A DNA stretch of 48,093 bases, from sequence record SRR20825019_241. One strand, given 5' to 3'. The notes beneath the pieces are model-generated. The model was not told the origin of the DNA and did no database searches. It saw only the letters and a program-made list of their open reading frames with translations. How positions within the stretch are numbered: position 1 is the stretch's first letter; each line of letters starts with the position of its first letter. Shown in pieces: positions 10,401-19,566 of this stretch. A program made the translations under genes and the position numbers.

Positions 10401-10762
10401 ATCAAAAACGGATTCACAAACACTGCGTCTTCATCAACTGTGAAGGAATACACGTTTCGGATTTTGTCCAAACGATGCTCCACGGAAGACAAAATTAACG
10501 GAGTACGAACAGTTTTTGCCCCCAATTCCAACGCTACGATTCCATGAACGACGCACAACGGATTAATTCCTGATTCACGTTGCGTATTCTCAGTTTCGCG
10601 GATGAGTTTAGCTGGAATTCTCTCTTTCGGAACAGCATTTAGTTCGGTCAACTCTACTAAATTCCCCTTGTCCAAATGGGCGTTCACGAGAATGTCACTT
10701 ACATTGAAGTAAGAACTCGCCTCAAGAAGCGCAGAGATGGTATTTTTAACATCGGAAGACAC
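7412..10762 (-). CDS. DUF4011-like + SF1 (UPF1/AAA_11-AAA_12 type) helicase
   Basis: Walker A GPPGTGKSQ, Walker B FDEASQ, GDEHQMGP, HYRS, ENVQGDECD and RLNVLLTRAR. The N-terminal RESGINPLCVVHG..TPLIL resembles DUF4011. A long helical insert separates the helicase halves. Confidence 0.85.
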   Translation of the reverse strand: MSSDVKNTISALLEASSYFNVSDILVNAHLDKGNLVELTELNAVPKERIPAKLIRETENTQRESGINPLCVVHGIVALELGAKTVRTPLILSSVEHRLDKIRNVYSFTVDEDAVFVNPFLIRHLTKDLNVVIPEELVESPQLERWEVFLTELSLTVLKTELILGNFHHHRFSVIKELEELLQSTELSSSLLHLLGEGNQAPESISLSPFQLFPSDTDHVRVFESVSHENTVIQGPPGTGKSQVLTNIVAKCTSEDSSVLVVSEKFAALEVIQKKLGLFNLDRLSSISTSKKDIKAFLVDLKSSWDYFESLVAENSAPLHISGHYENNLQMTIDLLSQNDLVGGISFSQYQKLLSEVAPTNEYVSNVPELSTYIQEKSTLQEIYDEQLNNLLGRCKPTIFQNDQLVQLDEKIRFWLTQLKNLSGISEELTWGKISETMRLASQLQVFENDLFRSYHLLLRPNSREQKRFLKLTSSYAKLMIQKKELNHSHWKISPSMSEVTALRSALATKGYFKRRKLKKRWNQLSQIPFESNSGVLEERERELSLEHEISQILIKFCDLGITDPENQLPIIEQTLPHFTETHWEAYHSVSSDQRAELTQKHTILNNLYRDFRAYFNFKNDDNVVDYLLLFGQRLPALIQRQSDLKRWDSSLLNVFQFAETFELYGSILLHSHKTKFQERFPQLANYQPSHLAEKIERVILAEDEEADQFANSLNQAVLIKFQEAHELLNSSSKKLNAAQKVRKARLKKGKSILVKEFSKTRQHPSLRQLFQSEAREWIQLLKPIWLSNPSQLADCFPMEKSLFDVVIFDEASQIPLQNSLGALQRSVRAIVAGDEHQMGPTSYFVSRESETVNLLHQASYHFPRVVLKHHYRSVQADLIAFSNQHFYGNSLQVFPHYQQTNNCLVHHYVTEGIFEGRTNIIEAKQVAREIEMRLNSSSDLGIVAFSEEQLMCIWNQLSPLAQENLNDRISENKAFFKALENVQGDECDQLLISFGYARNPDGEFHHRFGPMNTANGRKRLNVLLTRARKQIDFFCSVRSEDFKLSENESINLIRQWIRFSESYDSNSYHRFPFGLQPTIEDNVLHLPEIYSTLHEAKEIVTLHRVLFSRGWECRYE

Positions 10763-10874
10763 GACGGTAAATTTAAGAAAATAGAAGGCTTTAGAAACGG
10801 CTTTTTGAAGTGATACTCAAGATCAAATCAATACGATGTAAACAAACGGTTACCAAAGGCACTGCACTTTTTGC

Positions 10875-10882
10875 TACTTTTG
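10875..10882 (+). promoter_or_regulatory. -7 box (TACTTTTG) for the metB-trkA-SDR operon
   Basis: Exact TAnnTTTG 32 nt before ATG 10915. Confidence 0.6.
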
Positions 10883-10914
10883 TAAACGTTTTAATCAAAG
10901 TTAAAAAACAAAGG

Positions 10915-12054
10915 ATGAAATTCGGAACGAAAGCAATTCATGCTGGGCTGCATGCTGATGAATCGACAGGTGCGATTATGACTCCGATTTACCAAACATC
11001 TACGTATGTTCAAGACGGCATTGGAAACCACAAAGGATACGAATACTCGAGAACGTTAAATCCAACCAGACATGCCTTGGAAAAGAACCTTGCTGCATTG
11101 GAAAATGGAAAGCATGGCGCTTGTTTTGGATCGGGATTAGCAGCAATCGATTGTGTAATCAAAATGTTGAACCCCGGAGATGAGGTAATTTCAACCAATG
11201 ACCTTTACGGAGGGACATTCCGATTGTTTAAAACGATTTTCGAAAAATATGGAATTAAATTTCACTTTGTAGGAATGGCAGATCCTGCTGCTGTGGAAGC
11301 AAAAGTGAATGAAAATACAAAGCTGATTTGGGTTGAAACTCCTACAAACCCAATGATGAATGTGATTGATATTGAAGCAATGGCGGCAATTTCGAAGAAA
11401 GCTGGAGCAATGTTGTGTGTAGACAATACATTTGCGACGCCCTACTTGCAAAACCCTCTTGATTTGGGTGCAGACATCATTATGCATTCAGTTACGAAAT
11501 ATTTGGGAGGTCACTCGGATGTCGTTATGGGAGCGTTGGTTACTTCCGACGATGCAATTGCAGAAGAAATGTATCGGATTCAGAATTCTTCTGGAGCTGT
11601 TACAGGACCGATGGACTCGTTTTTGGTGCTAAGAGGAATAAAAACACTTCATTTGAGAATGCAGCGTCATTGTGAGAATGGTGAAAAAGTAGCGCATTTT
11701 CTTTTAGAGCATCCAAAAGTGGACAAAGTATATTGGCCGGGATTGGAATCTCATCCGAATCATATTATTGCGAAAAAACAAATGCGTGGTTTCGGCGGAA
11801 TGATTTCCTTTACATTGAAAGGAAATGTGTTGAATGATGCATTGGAACTGGTTGGAAAAACAAAAATATTCGCCTTAGCGGAATCACTTGGTGGAGTGGA
11901 ATCGTTGATCGGTCACCCCGCGTCAATGACACACGGGTCGATTCCAAAAGAAGAACGTGAAAAAACAGGAATTGTTGATTCTTTAATTCGCCTCAGTGTA
12001 GGTGTAGAAGATGCGGAAGACATCGTTGAAGATTTGAAACAGGCACTAGCTTAG
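10915..12054 (+). CDS. metB: PLP-dependent cystathionine gamma-synthase/gamma-lyase (Cys/Met metabolism family)
   Basis: TPIYQTSTY, YEYSR, ETPTNP, DNTFATP, PLP lysine in SVTKYLGGHSD, and AESLGGVESL. Start moved to MKFGTK. Synthase versus lyase cannot be resolved by eye. Confidence 0.9.
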   Translation: MKFGTKAIHAGLHADESTGAIMTPIYQTSTYVQDGIGNHKGYEYSRTLNPTRHALEKNLAALENGKHGACFGSGLAAIDCVIKMLNPGDEVISTNDLYGGTFRLFKTIFEKYGIKFHFVGMADPAAVEAKVNENTKLIWVETPTNPMMNVIDIEAMAAISKKAGAMLCVDNTFATPYLQNPLDLGADIIMHSVTKYLGGHSDVVMGALVTSDDAIAEEMYRIQNSSGAVTGPMDSFLVLRGIKTLHLRMQRHCENGEKVAHFLLEHPKVDKVYWPGLESHPNHIIAKKQMRGFGGMISFTLKGNVLNDALELVGKTKIFALAESLGGVESLIGHPASMTHGSIPKEEREKTGIVDSLIRLSVGVEDAEDIVEDLKQALA

Positions 12055-12068
12055 TTAAAAAAGTAAAG

Positions 12069-12770
12069 ATGAACTATAGTAAGTTTGCAGTAATCGGTGT
12101 TGGTCGCTATGGTGCGACAATTGCACGACGTTTAGCGGAAAAAGGCGCACAAGTATTCGCATTTGATCCAGACGAGGAAAAGATTGAAAGCATTAAAGAT
12201 GATGTGGCTTTTGCCGTAACACTTGATGCAACGGATGTTCGGGCGTTACGTACGCAGAATGTGGGTGATTTGGATGCGGCGGTTGTGGCAATCGGGGAAA
12301 ATTTCGAAGCAACCATTCTTACTTCAGTACATTTATTGGATTTAGGCGTGAAGCGCGTTATTGCGCGTGCAAGCGGTGATCACCAACGACTAATTTTAGA
12401 AAAAATTGGAGTCACCGAAATTCTTACACCGGAAGATGAGGTTGCTTATGTGGTTCGCGAGAAATTGTTGAATCCAAACATTGTTTCGTTTCTTCAGTTG
12501 CCTGATGACCATGAAATTGCTGAGATCAGAGCCCCAAAAGGAGTAATCGGACGAACAATTGATGAAATAGGCTTTCGAAACAAGTACGAAATGACCTTGA
12601 TCACCATCAAAAGAGAGTTTGAGCTAACCAAAAATGGTCTAGACTGTACAGAACAGCACATTTTAGGTGTTCCAAAAGGTGATTTGGAAGTGAGAGAGAA
12701 AGATACCTTAGTTGTGTTTGGTGCGGCGAAGAGCGTTGAGCGTTTCATTGACATCAATCAATCCTTGTGA
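12069..12770 (+). CDS. ktrA: TrkA/KtrA-type K+ uptake NAD-binding (RCK) subunit
   Basis: GVGRYG Rossmann motif, VVAIGENFEA, and TrkA_N + TrkA_C layout. Confidence 0.85.
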   Translation: MNYSKFAVIGVGRYGATIARRLAEKGAQVFAFDPDEEKIESIKDDVAFAVTLDATDVRALRTQNVGDLDAAVVAIGENFEATILTSVHLLDLGVKRVIARASGDHQRLILEKIGVTEILTPEDEVAYVVREKLLNPNIVSFLQLPDDHEIAEIRAPKGVIGRTIDEIGFRNKYEMTLITIKREFELTKNGLDCTEQHILGVPKGDLEVREKDTLVVFGAAKSVERFIDINQSL

Positions 12771-13471
12771 TGGTAATTATTACAGGTGTTTCGAGAGGAC
12801 TCGGGAAGGCGCTTGCAGAGCAATTTTTGGAAGAAGGCAAGACCGTTCTAGGAATTGGAAGATCGTCAAATATTCAACATCCGAATTTTTCTTTTCTAAC
12901 ATGTGATCTATCCAACTTAGCGGATGTTAAAAGTCTTGAATTTAACGAGTTGCCTGATCAGGTGACCTTAATTAACAACGCTGGAATTCTCGGTGAGATA
13001 AATCGTTTGGCAGACATAACAGATTCAGATATCGACACTGTTTTCACGGTCAATGTTTCGGCTGTTGCGATCCTTACTCAAAAAGTATATAACGCCATCA
13101 ATAACAAGAATAATTTCAGCTTGGTAAACATTAGTTCTGGAGCAGCTAAACGAGCGATTCCTTCTTGGTCGTCCTATTGTGCGTCAAAAGCAGCGCTTAA
13201 TATGCTCACAGAAACCTTTGTTGAAGAGGAAAAAGAGCGAGGAAATAGTCCAAAAGTATATATTGTAGCACCTGGAGTCATAGACACAGGAATGCAAGAA
13301 GCAATCAGAAATACTTCTCCAGATCGTTTTTCTAACCATGATAAATTTGTTAACCTAAAGGATAACAATGAGTTATTTTCGCCCGAGGAGGCTGCAAAGA
13401 GAGTCTCTATTCTTTTAAAAATGAACTTTTCTGAAGAGTTACATTTTGACTTAAGGTCGATTAATTCATAA
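12767..13471 (+). CDS. Short-chain dehydrogenase/reductase (benzil/sepiapterin reductase-like)
   Basis: TGVSRGLG, NNAG, NISSGAA, YCASK and APGVIDTGMQ. Confidence 0.88.
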   Translation: MMVIITGVSRGLGKALAEQFLEEGKTVLGIGRSSNIQHPNFSFLTCDLSNLADVKSLEFNELPDQVTLINNAGILGEINRLADITDSDIDTVFTVNVSAVAILTQKVYNAINNKNNFSLVNISSGAAKRAIPSWSSYCASKAALNMLTETFVEEEKERGNSPKVYIVAPGVIDTGMQEAIRNTSPDRFSNHDKFVNLKDNNELFSPEEAAKRVSILLKMNFSEELHFDLRSINS

Positions 13472-13582
13472 TTAGGGATTACAATATTACCATAAGAATT
13501 TAGCGGATTCGTCGAAAATATTTGTGAATAGGTAAGCACTTCCGTATCTTGTACGTCTTATAGAAGAAATACTCAATAAACC

Positions 13583-15769
13583 ATGAAAAAAACTATACTC
13601 TCCCTTTGGGGGATGGTGGCAGTTGCTGCGTCATCATTTGCTCAAACAAGTTCCATTGATGTTCAAAACTGTCGTGAAGGCGAAACAGTAGAATATTGTG
13701 TGACGCACAAAAAAGAAGCAGAATTGCTTCAAAACCCAGCAGCAGCAGCGGCAATGGCGCAAGATAGAATCACCAGAGAACAAGAAATGCTCAATGGCGG
13801 TAATCAACCGGAAGCAACAGTTTACTATATTCCAGTTGTATTTCACGTATTACATAATAACGGAGCAGAGAACATTAGTGACGAGCAAATTTTAGACGCT
13901 CTTGCTATTTTGAATAGAGATTATTCATTGCAAAACGCAGATGCAAATAATGTTCACGCAGATTTTAATGCTGCTACACCTGGAGCAACAGTTATCCCAG
14001 CGAATGTTGAAATTCAATTTCGATTAGCGACAATTTCTCCAAGAAATAATTATTCAGAATGCTTTAGCGGAATAACGCGAACGGTGAATGCAATCACAAA
14101 TGACGGAAGTGATGGAAATGACCAAGTGAATGCAATTGTTGCTGGAAATGATGAGTTCAATGGACAATGGCCAGGCGACAGATACTTGAATATTTTCATT
14201 TGTGGAAATATTGGAGGGGCAGCAGGTTACACTTACCGTCCAAACTCTTTCTTCCCGGGAACAGCAATGAGAAACGGAATTTGGGTACTACACAATTATG
14301 TTGGATCAATCGGAACGTCTTCGACGTATACAAGTCGAACATTGACACACGAAGTAGGACACTGGTTAAACCTTCCGCATCCTTGGGGTTCAACGAACAA
14401 CCCAGGATTGGCGGCAAACTGTAACAGTGATGATAGTGATGATTCACCGTTAATTACAGACACTCCAAATACACGTGGTTCAACTTCTTGTAACCTAAAT
14501 GAAAACTTTTGTGGACCTCGTGCGAACGTAGAGAACTACATGGATTATTCTTATTGTTCAAGAATGTTTACTCCGAGACAAGTAGTTGCAATGAGAAGTG
14601 CGGTCAATTCAAATGTTGCTAACAGAGATAACTTGATCACTACTTCCAACCTTAACTTAGTTGGGGCAAATGGAAACTTGACACTTTGTAAAGCTGAATT
14701 TTCTGCAGATAAAACAACAGTTTGCGTTGGAGATCAAGTAACTTTTGATGATCAAACGTACAGTGCCGTAAATGGTTGGACGTGGACATTCGCAGGTGGA
14801 ACTCCAGCAAATTCAACAGCTCAGAATCCTGTTGTTACATACAGCACTCCAGGAATTTACAACGTTACGTTGCAAGCAACAGACGGATCAAGTTCTGATA
14901 CAGAGGCTAAATCTTCATACATTCGCGTGCTTCCTGATGGAGCAACAATTCCTTTCTTGGAAAGCTTTGAATCGTTCACAACATTTACAAATATAAATGA
15001 GTGGGAGGTTTACAACCCAAGTGGAAACGGTTTCGAATTAACGACAACTGCTGGGCATACAGGAACGAAAAGTGCGAAGTTGAGCAACTACAATCAACCA
15101 GCTGGAAACACAGATGAGTTAATTTCTGCACCAGTGGATTTATCTGGATTAACTTCAGCTGACGCGATTACACTTAGCTTTAGATATGCATACAGAAAAC
15201 GCAGTTCAGGAAACGACGAATGGTTAAAAGTATTTGTTTCTGGTGATTGTGGAGCTGGATGGGCACAACGTAAAACAATTCATGGTTCTTTATTGAGCGA
15301 TGTAGTTGTTACTTCAGCATTTACACCAGCTTCTCAAGCAGATTGGGAGACTGTGCACATGACGAATGTAACAAGCTCTTATTTCACGGATAAGTTCAGA
15401 TATAAATTTGAGTTCGAATCTGACGGAGGAAACAATTTCTATCTTGATGATATCAACATCTATCAAGGTGCTCCATCTGATGTGCTTGTTGCAGACATAG
15501 GAGAAAACGGATTGGAAATCGATGGTTTGTCGGTATATCCAAATCCAACAGACAATGAACTGAATGTACGTTTTTCAATTGCAAATGCAGAGAACGCGTC
15601 TTTGACTATTCAAGATCTTTCTGGAAAAACAGTTCAGAATAATTTTGTAAAAGCGAACGCAGGATCAAATTTAGTAATGATGAATACATCAACATTAGCG
15701 CAAGGAATGTATTTCCTTCAAGTGCGTGTTGGGACAACAAATCAAACTTTGCAGTTTGTTGTTAAATAG
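13583..15769 (+). CDS. M43 (pappalysin/ulilysin-type) zinc metalloprotease with PKD domain and T9SS CTD, paralog 1
   Basis: Signal peptide, IPVVFHVLH, HEVGHWLNLPH zinc motif, Met-turn ENYMDYS, PKD WTWTFAGG, and C-terminal VYPNP...QFVVK. Confidence 0.92.
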   Translation: MKKTILSLWGMVAVAASSFAQTSSIDVQNCREGETVEYCVTHKKEAELLQNPAAAAAMAQDRITREQEMLNGGNQPEATVYYIPVVFHVLHNNGAENISDEQILDALAILNRDYSLQNADANNVHADFNAATPGATVIPANVEIQFRLATISPRNNYSECFSGITRTVNAITNDGSDGNDQVNAIVAGNDEFNGQWPGDRYLNIFICGNIGGAAGYTYRPNSFFPGTAMRNGIWVLHNYVGSIGTSSTYTSRTLTHEVGHWLNLPHPWGSTNNPGLAANCNSDDSDDSPLITDTPNTRGSTSCNLNENFCGPRANVENYMDYSYCSRMFTPRQVVAMRSAVNSNVANRDNLITTSNLNLVGANGNLTLCKAEFSADKTTVCVGDQVTFDDQTYSAVNGWTWTFAGGTPANSTAQNPVVTYSTPGIYNVTLQATDGSSSDTEAKSSYIRVLPDGATIPFLESFESFTTFTNINEWEVYNPSGNGFELTTTAGHTGTKSAKLSNYNQPAGNTDELISAPVDLSGLTSADAITLSFRYAYRKRSSGNDEWLKVFVSGDCGAGWAQRKTIHGSLLSDVVVTSAFTPASQADWETVHMTNVTSSYFTDKFRYKFEFESDGGNNFYLDDINIYQGAPSDVLVADIGENGLEIDGLSVYPNPTDNELNVRFSIANAENASLTIQDLSGKTVQNNFVKANAGSNLVMMNTSTLAQGMYFLQVRVGTTNQTLQFVVK

Positions 15770-15790
15770 AAATCAATAAAGAATGTTTAG

Positions 15791-15822
15791 AAGACCCGTT
15801 CACATAGTGGATGGGTCTTTTT
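15791..15822 (+). terminator. Intrinsic terminator between the two M43 genes
   Basis: AAGACCCGTTCAC-ATA-GTGGATGGGTCTT followed by TTT. Confidence 0.75.
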
Positions 15823-15835
15823 AATCTATAGAAAT

Positions 15836-18010
15836 ATGAAAAATGTATTGATTGTTGGGGCTTTGTTACTAAGTAATCTAGTCCTAGCTCAAAAAACCAC
15901 AGAATGGTGCGGAACGGATCAGTTGATTAAGAATCGAATTGAAAAGTCGCCTGAGTATGCCAATTTTCTTCATCAAAGTTTGATGGCAGCGGCTCGATCT
16001 GGAGGGAATGAAAGTAGTCGCGCTCAGCTAACTATTCCCGTGGTTGTACACATTATTCATGATAATGGAGTTGGAAATATTTCGGACGCACAGGTGTATA
16101 GCGCCATTCAACTCTTAAATGAGGATTATCAAAGAATGAATGCAGATACTTCGGTAACCAGACAAACTGTAGATGCTCCTTTTAAGAACATTGCAGCGGG
16201 AATGGATGTGGAGTTTAAGTTTGCTAAGATCGATCCCAATGGACAATGTACAAATGGAATTGTACGGGTAAATGCGCCTGAATTGGCAAATAATGCAAAC
16301 GACGGATGTAAATTTTCATCCAATGGTGGTTCGGATCAATGGCCACCGGAGCGCTATTTTAACATTTGGGTGGTAAACTCAATTGATAACGGTGGAGCCG
16401 CTGGTATTACGCTTGGTTATGCCTATTATCCTTATGGTGGAGCGGGTACAGAGTATGGTATTTTGATTCGAAATGATGCATTTGGAATTTTGGGAACTGC
16501 AGCATCTTCCGATGGGCGAACGTTAACACATGAAATGGGACACGCGTTGGGTCTTCCGCATATTTTTGATGCAGGTTTCGGTGGTGCAAGTGGATGTCAT
16601 ACAACTGATTGTACAGCAAACGGTGATTATTCGTGCGATACACCGCCACAAACGGAAGCGAATTGGAGTTGCTCACAAACGTGGAATTCTTGTAATTCTG
16701 TGCCAGTTGGAGACGCTTTTGGAACGGACGTGTTTGATCAAATTGAAAATTACATGAGCTACAATTCATGTCAGAACATGTTCTCTCGTGATCAAGTATC
16801 TATTATGGAGGACAACATGAACACCATTGAATTCTTAGATTCATTGCGTTCTCCGTATACGGCTATTCTTACGGGCCTTGACAATGTGGAGGCGCTTTGC
16901 AAGGCAGATTTCGATTCGGATGTAAAGTTGATTTGTGCAGGTTCAAATGTTTCATTCTTCGATTTTAGTTATTACAATCCTGCAACGTGGACGTGGTCAA
17001 TATCTCCGGGAACTTTGGGAACGGACTATGTTTATGTAGGCGGAACTTCTGAAAATTCACCTGAACCAATTGTTCAATTTTTAAAAGGTGGAAGTTATAG
17101 CATTACACTTGTGGTTGCCGACGGTGGTCTATCAGCTTCTAAAACAGCAACAGACTATATTAAAGTATACACGGAGCCCGCGTCTATTCCTTTTATCGAA
17201 GGATTTGAAGGATATACAAACTTTGGTTCAACAACGAATTGGGTCGTAACGAACACCGGAAACAGTCAGGAATTTGAAATCGACAACACGGTGGGACACA
17301 CTGGAACGAAATCGGCTAAATTGAAAAATTATGGCGAATTCGGTCAGAATACTGATGCGCTTATTTCTGCTCCTGTTGATCTCTCTTCTATAGATCAGGC
17401 GACTGGATCGGTAACGGTTAGTTTTAGGTATGCCTACAGAAAGAGACAGGAAAGTACGGTGGAGCGATTGAAAGTGTTTGTTTCAAATGATTGTGGAACC
17501 AATTGGGCGCAACGTAAAACGCTCACAGGGAATCTTCTTTCACCAATTGTAGTAAGTACGCCTTGGAGCCCTCAGGGTAGTGCAGATTGGACAACAGTGC
17601 ACTTGACAAATGTTACGAGTGCATACTTCGTGGAGAATTTCCAATGTAAATTTGAGTTTGAAGGAAGTGGCGGAAACAATTTCTTTATCGACAATATAAA
17701 TATCTATGAAGGCGCTCCGTCGAATGAAATAGTTGGACTTGAGCCAATAGAGGATTCTTTCGGTGGATTATCACTTTACCCAAATCCAGCCGATGATGAA
17801 TTGAATGTTCGCTTTGAAATGAATGCAGCGCAATCGGGAACGGTTGAAATTACTGATGTAACTGGAAAAAGCTTATTTGTTGCTGCAATCAACGCAAACG
17901 TTGGATCCAATCTTGTTTTGATCAATACTGAATCACTTTCAGACGGAAGCTACTTTGTTAAAATGTCGATCGGAGGAACAACACAAGTGAGGCAATTGGT
18001 AATTCGGTAA
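15836..18010 (+). CDS. M43 zinc metalloprotease with PKD domain and T9SS CTD, paralog 2
   Basis: Prosegment WCGTD, HEMGHALGLPH, ENYMSY, the same C-terminal modules as paralog 1, and LYPNP...QLVIR. Confidence 0.92.
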   Translation: MKNVLIVGALLLSNLVLAQKTTEWCGTDQLIKNRIEKSPEYANFLHQSLMAAARSGGNESSRAQLTIPVVVHIIHDNGVGNISDAQVYSAIQLLNEDYQRMNADTSVTRQTVDAPFKNIAAGMDVEFKFAKIDPNGQCTNGIVRVNAPELANNANDGCKFSSNGGSDQWPPERYFNIWVVNSIDNGGAAGITLGYAYYPYGGAGTEYGILIRNDAFGILGTAASSDGRTLTHEMGHALGLPHIFDAGFGGASGCHTTDCTANGDYSCDTPPQTEANWSCSQTWNSCNSVPVGDAFGTDVFDQIENYMSYNSCQNMFSRDQVSIMEDNMNTIEFLDSLRSPYTAILTGLDNVEALCKADFDSDVKLICAGSNVSFFDFSYYNPATWTWSISPGTLGTDYVYVGGTSENSPEPIVQFLKGGSYSITLVVADGGLSASKTATDYIKVYTEPASIPFIEGFEGYTNFGSTTNWVVTNTGNSQEFEIDNTVGHTGTKSAKLKNYGEFGQNTDALISAPVDLSSIDQATGSVTVSFRYAYRKRQESTVERLKVFVSNDCGTNWAQRKTLTGNLLSPIVVSTPWSPQGSADWTTVHLTNVTSAYFVENFQCKFEFEGSGGNNFFIDNINIYEGAPSNEIVGLEPIEDSFGGLSLYPNPADDELNVRFEMNAAQSGTVEITDVTGKSLFVAAINANVGSNLVLINTESLSDGSYFVKMSIGGTTQVRQLVIR

Positions 18011-18016
18011 TTTGAA

Positions 18017-18679
18017 CTAAAGAAAAGTCTCCAGTTGGCGAATTAGGTCTTGTTCACTTGAGTTTGAAAGAACATAATCACAAGTAAAACCGTGCTTTTT
18101 AATAAAGTTGGCTGTGGTTTGACCCCAAGCGATGATTTTTGCCTCTGGAGGAAAGCTATTTTCACGTAAAAATCCTTCCGCATTGGAGGGGCTCGTGAAT
18201 ACATAGAAATCGCAATTGGGAATTTTTGTTGAAGTAACAATCGTCCGATATACGATCATTTCAAGTACGTTCTTCGGATCTAAGTGTTTGGTATATGATT
18301 TATGCGAAGTTTCCGAAAGTGCAAAGAGCACCTTTGAATTTCCGCACCATTTGGAGAATTCGAGGGACGTTTCATCAATATTCCCACTCTGATGAGCAAT
18401 GAAATCAGGTGCGTGACCAATCTCCGTAAGAACTTCGGCTGTTTTTTCTCCTGAACAAGCGACTTTAGTATTGGATGGAATGGAGTTTCTTGAGAAATAA
18501 AAAATAGGTGAGCGTGGACTTCCGAAGAAGATACAGTCAAATTCATCTGGTCGTTCCGATTCTACTCGTTCAAAAGACAAAAATGAATGGGAAACGAGCT
18601 CAATTTTGCGAGTTGCCAGAAAATCCTTTAATACTTCTATTTCCTGAAGAGATTTCGATATGAAAACAGTCCCAGACAC
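18017..18679 (-). CDS. hemD: Uroporphyrinogen-III synthase
   Basis: FFGSP, GEKTA, VYRT, FTSPSNAE and WGQTTA. Directly downstream of hemC. Confidence 0.85.
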   Translation of the reverse strand: MSGTVFISKSLQEIEVLKDFLATRKIELVSHSFLSFERVESERPDEFDCIFFGSPRSPIFYFSRNSIPSNTKVACSGEKTAEVLTEIGHAPDFIAHQSGNIDETSLEFSKWCGNSKVLFALSETSHKSYTKHLDPKNVLEMIVYRTIVTSTKIPNCDFYVFTSPSNAEGFLRENSFPPEAKIIAWGQTTANFIKKHGFTCDYVLSNSSEQDLIRQLETFL

Positions 18680-18684
18680 TGAAT

Positions 18685-19566
18685 TTATGATTGAAGATCA
18701 GCAACAACCTTCTCAGCAAGACCTTCAAAGGAGTCCACAGTGTATTTCAGTTGTGTACATGGTTGATCAAAGCCTTTAGCGTAAGACACGTGTAAAACAT
18801 TTTCTTCTGTGCAATAAACACCAAGAGGAAGCTGACATCCACCTTCCAGTAAATTGAGCACGCGTCGCTCTAAACCAATTCTTTCTTGAACACCTGTATG
18901 ATTCATATTTTGGAGAAGTTCATGCAAAGCGAGGTCTTCCGAACGAATTTGCAACCCTAAAACGCCTTGCGCGGGTGCAGGAACAAATTCCGTTGGATCA
19001 AGTACAACTGTATGAAAATCAGAAAGATCTAACTCCAAGCGATCAACACCCGCTTTGGCTAGAAGAATAGCATCGTAACCACCGTCTCTCAGTTTCTGAA
19101 TTCGCGTAGGAACATTTCCACGTAAATCCTTCAATTCAACATCATTTCTGAAATGAGACATTTGCGCCTTTCTTCGAGCAGAAGATGTCCCAACAATCGC
19201 ATTGTGCTTAAGATCCCATTTCTGAGTTGTATCTGCCGATGTTTTGCGAATGAGCAACAAATCCGATGGATTAGCACGCTCGGAAACACAGGAAATCGAA
19301 AGTCCAGCAGGTGGATTAGTTTCTAAATCTTTATGAGAGTGAACAGCAAGGTCAATTTCGTTGTTCAAAAGAGCATCTTCTATTTCTTTGGTGAAAAATC
19401 CTTTTCCTTCGAGTTTGTCAAAACTTAAATCTTGAATTTTATCGCCTTGCGTAGTGATAATGTTGATTTCAACTTCGCAGTTTAATTTTTCTAATTCTCG
19501 TTTCACAAAGTGAGCCTGCCACAATGCTAAATCGCTCCCACGGGAACCGATAACTACTTTTTTCAT
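18685..19566 (-). CDS. hemC: Hydroxymethylbilane synthase (porphobilinogen deaminase)
   Basis: GSRGSDLALWQA, GKGFFTKEIE, AVHSHKD, GTSSARR, RGNVPTR and LEGGCQLP. Confidence 0.97.
   Translation of the reverse strand: MKKVVIGSRGSDLALWQAHFVKRELEKLNCEVEINIITTQGDKIQDLSFDKLEGKGFFTKEIEDALLNNEIDLAVHSHKDLETNPPAGLSISCVSERANPSDLLLIRKTSADTTQKWDLKHNAIVGTSSARRKAQMSHFRNDVELKDLRGNVPTRIQKLRDGGYDAILLAKAGVDRLELDLSDFHTVVLDPTEFVPAPAQGVLGLQIRSEDLALHELLQNMNHTGVQERIGLERRVLNLLEGGCQLPLGVYCTEENVLHVSYAKGFDQPCTQLKYTVDSFEGLAEKVVADLQS

Noticed and set aside
10763-10914. Possible SAM riboswitch upstream of metB, and the 35-aa N-terminal extension from 10810
   Set aside because: No SAM-I/II core motifs. The -7 box at 10875-10882 leaves only a short leader and lies inside the supposed extension.
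18017-19566. Possible frameshifted hemC-hemD fusion
   Set aside because: hemC has a normal length and stop, hemD has its own GTG 5 nt later, and no slippery site is evident.
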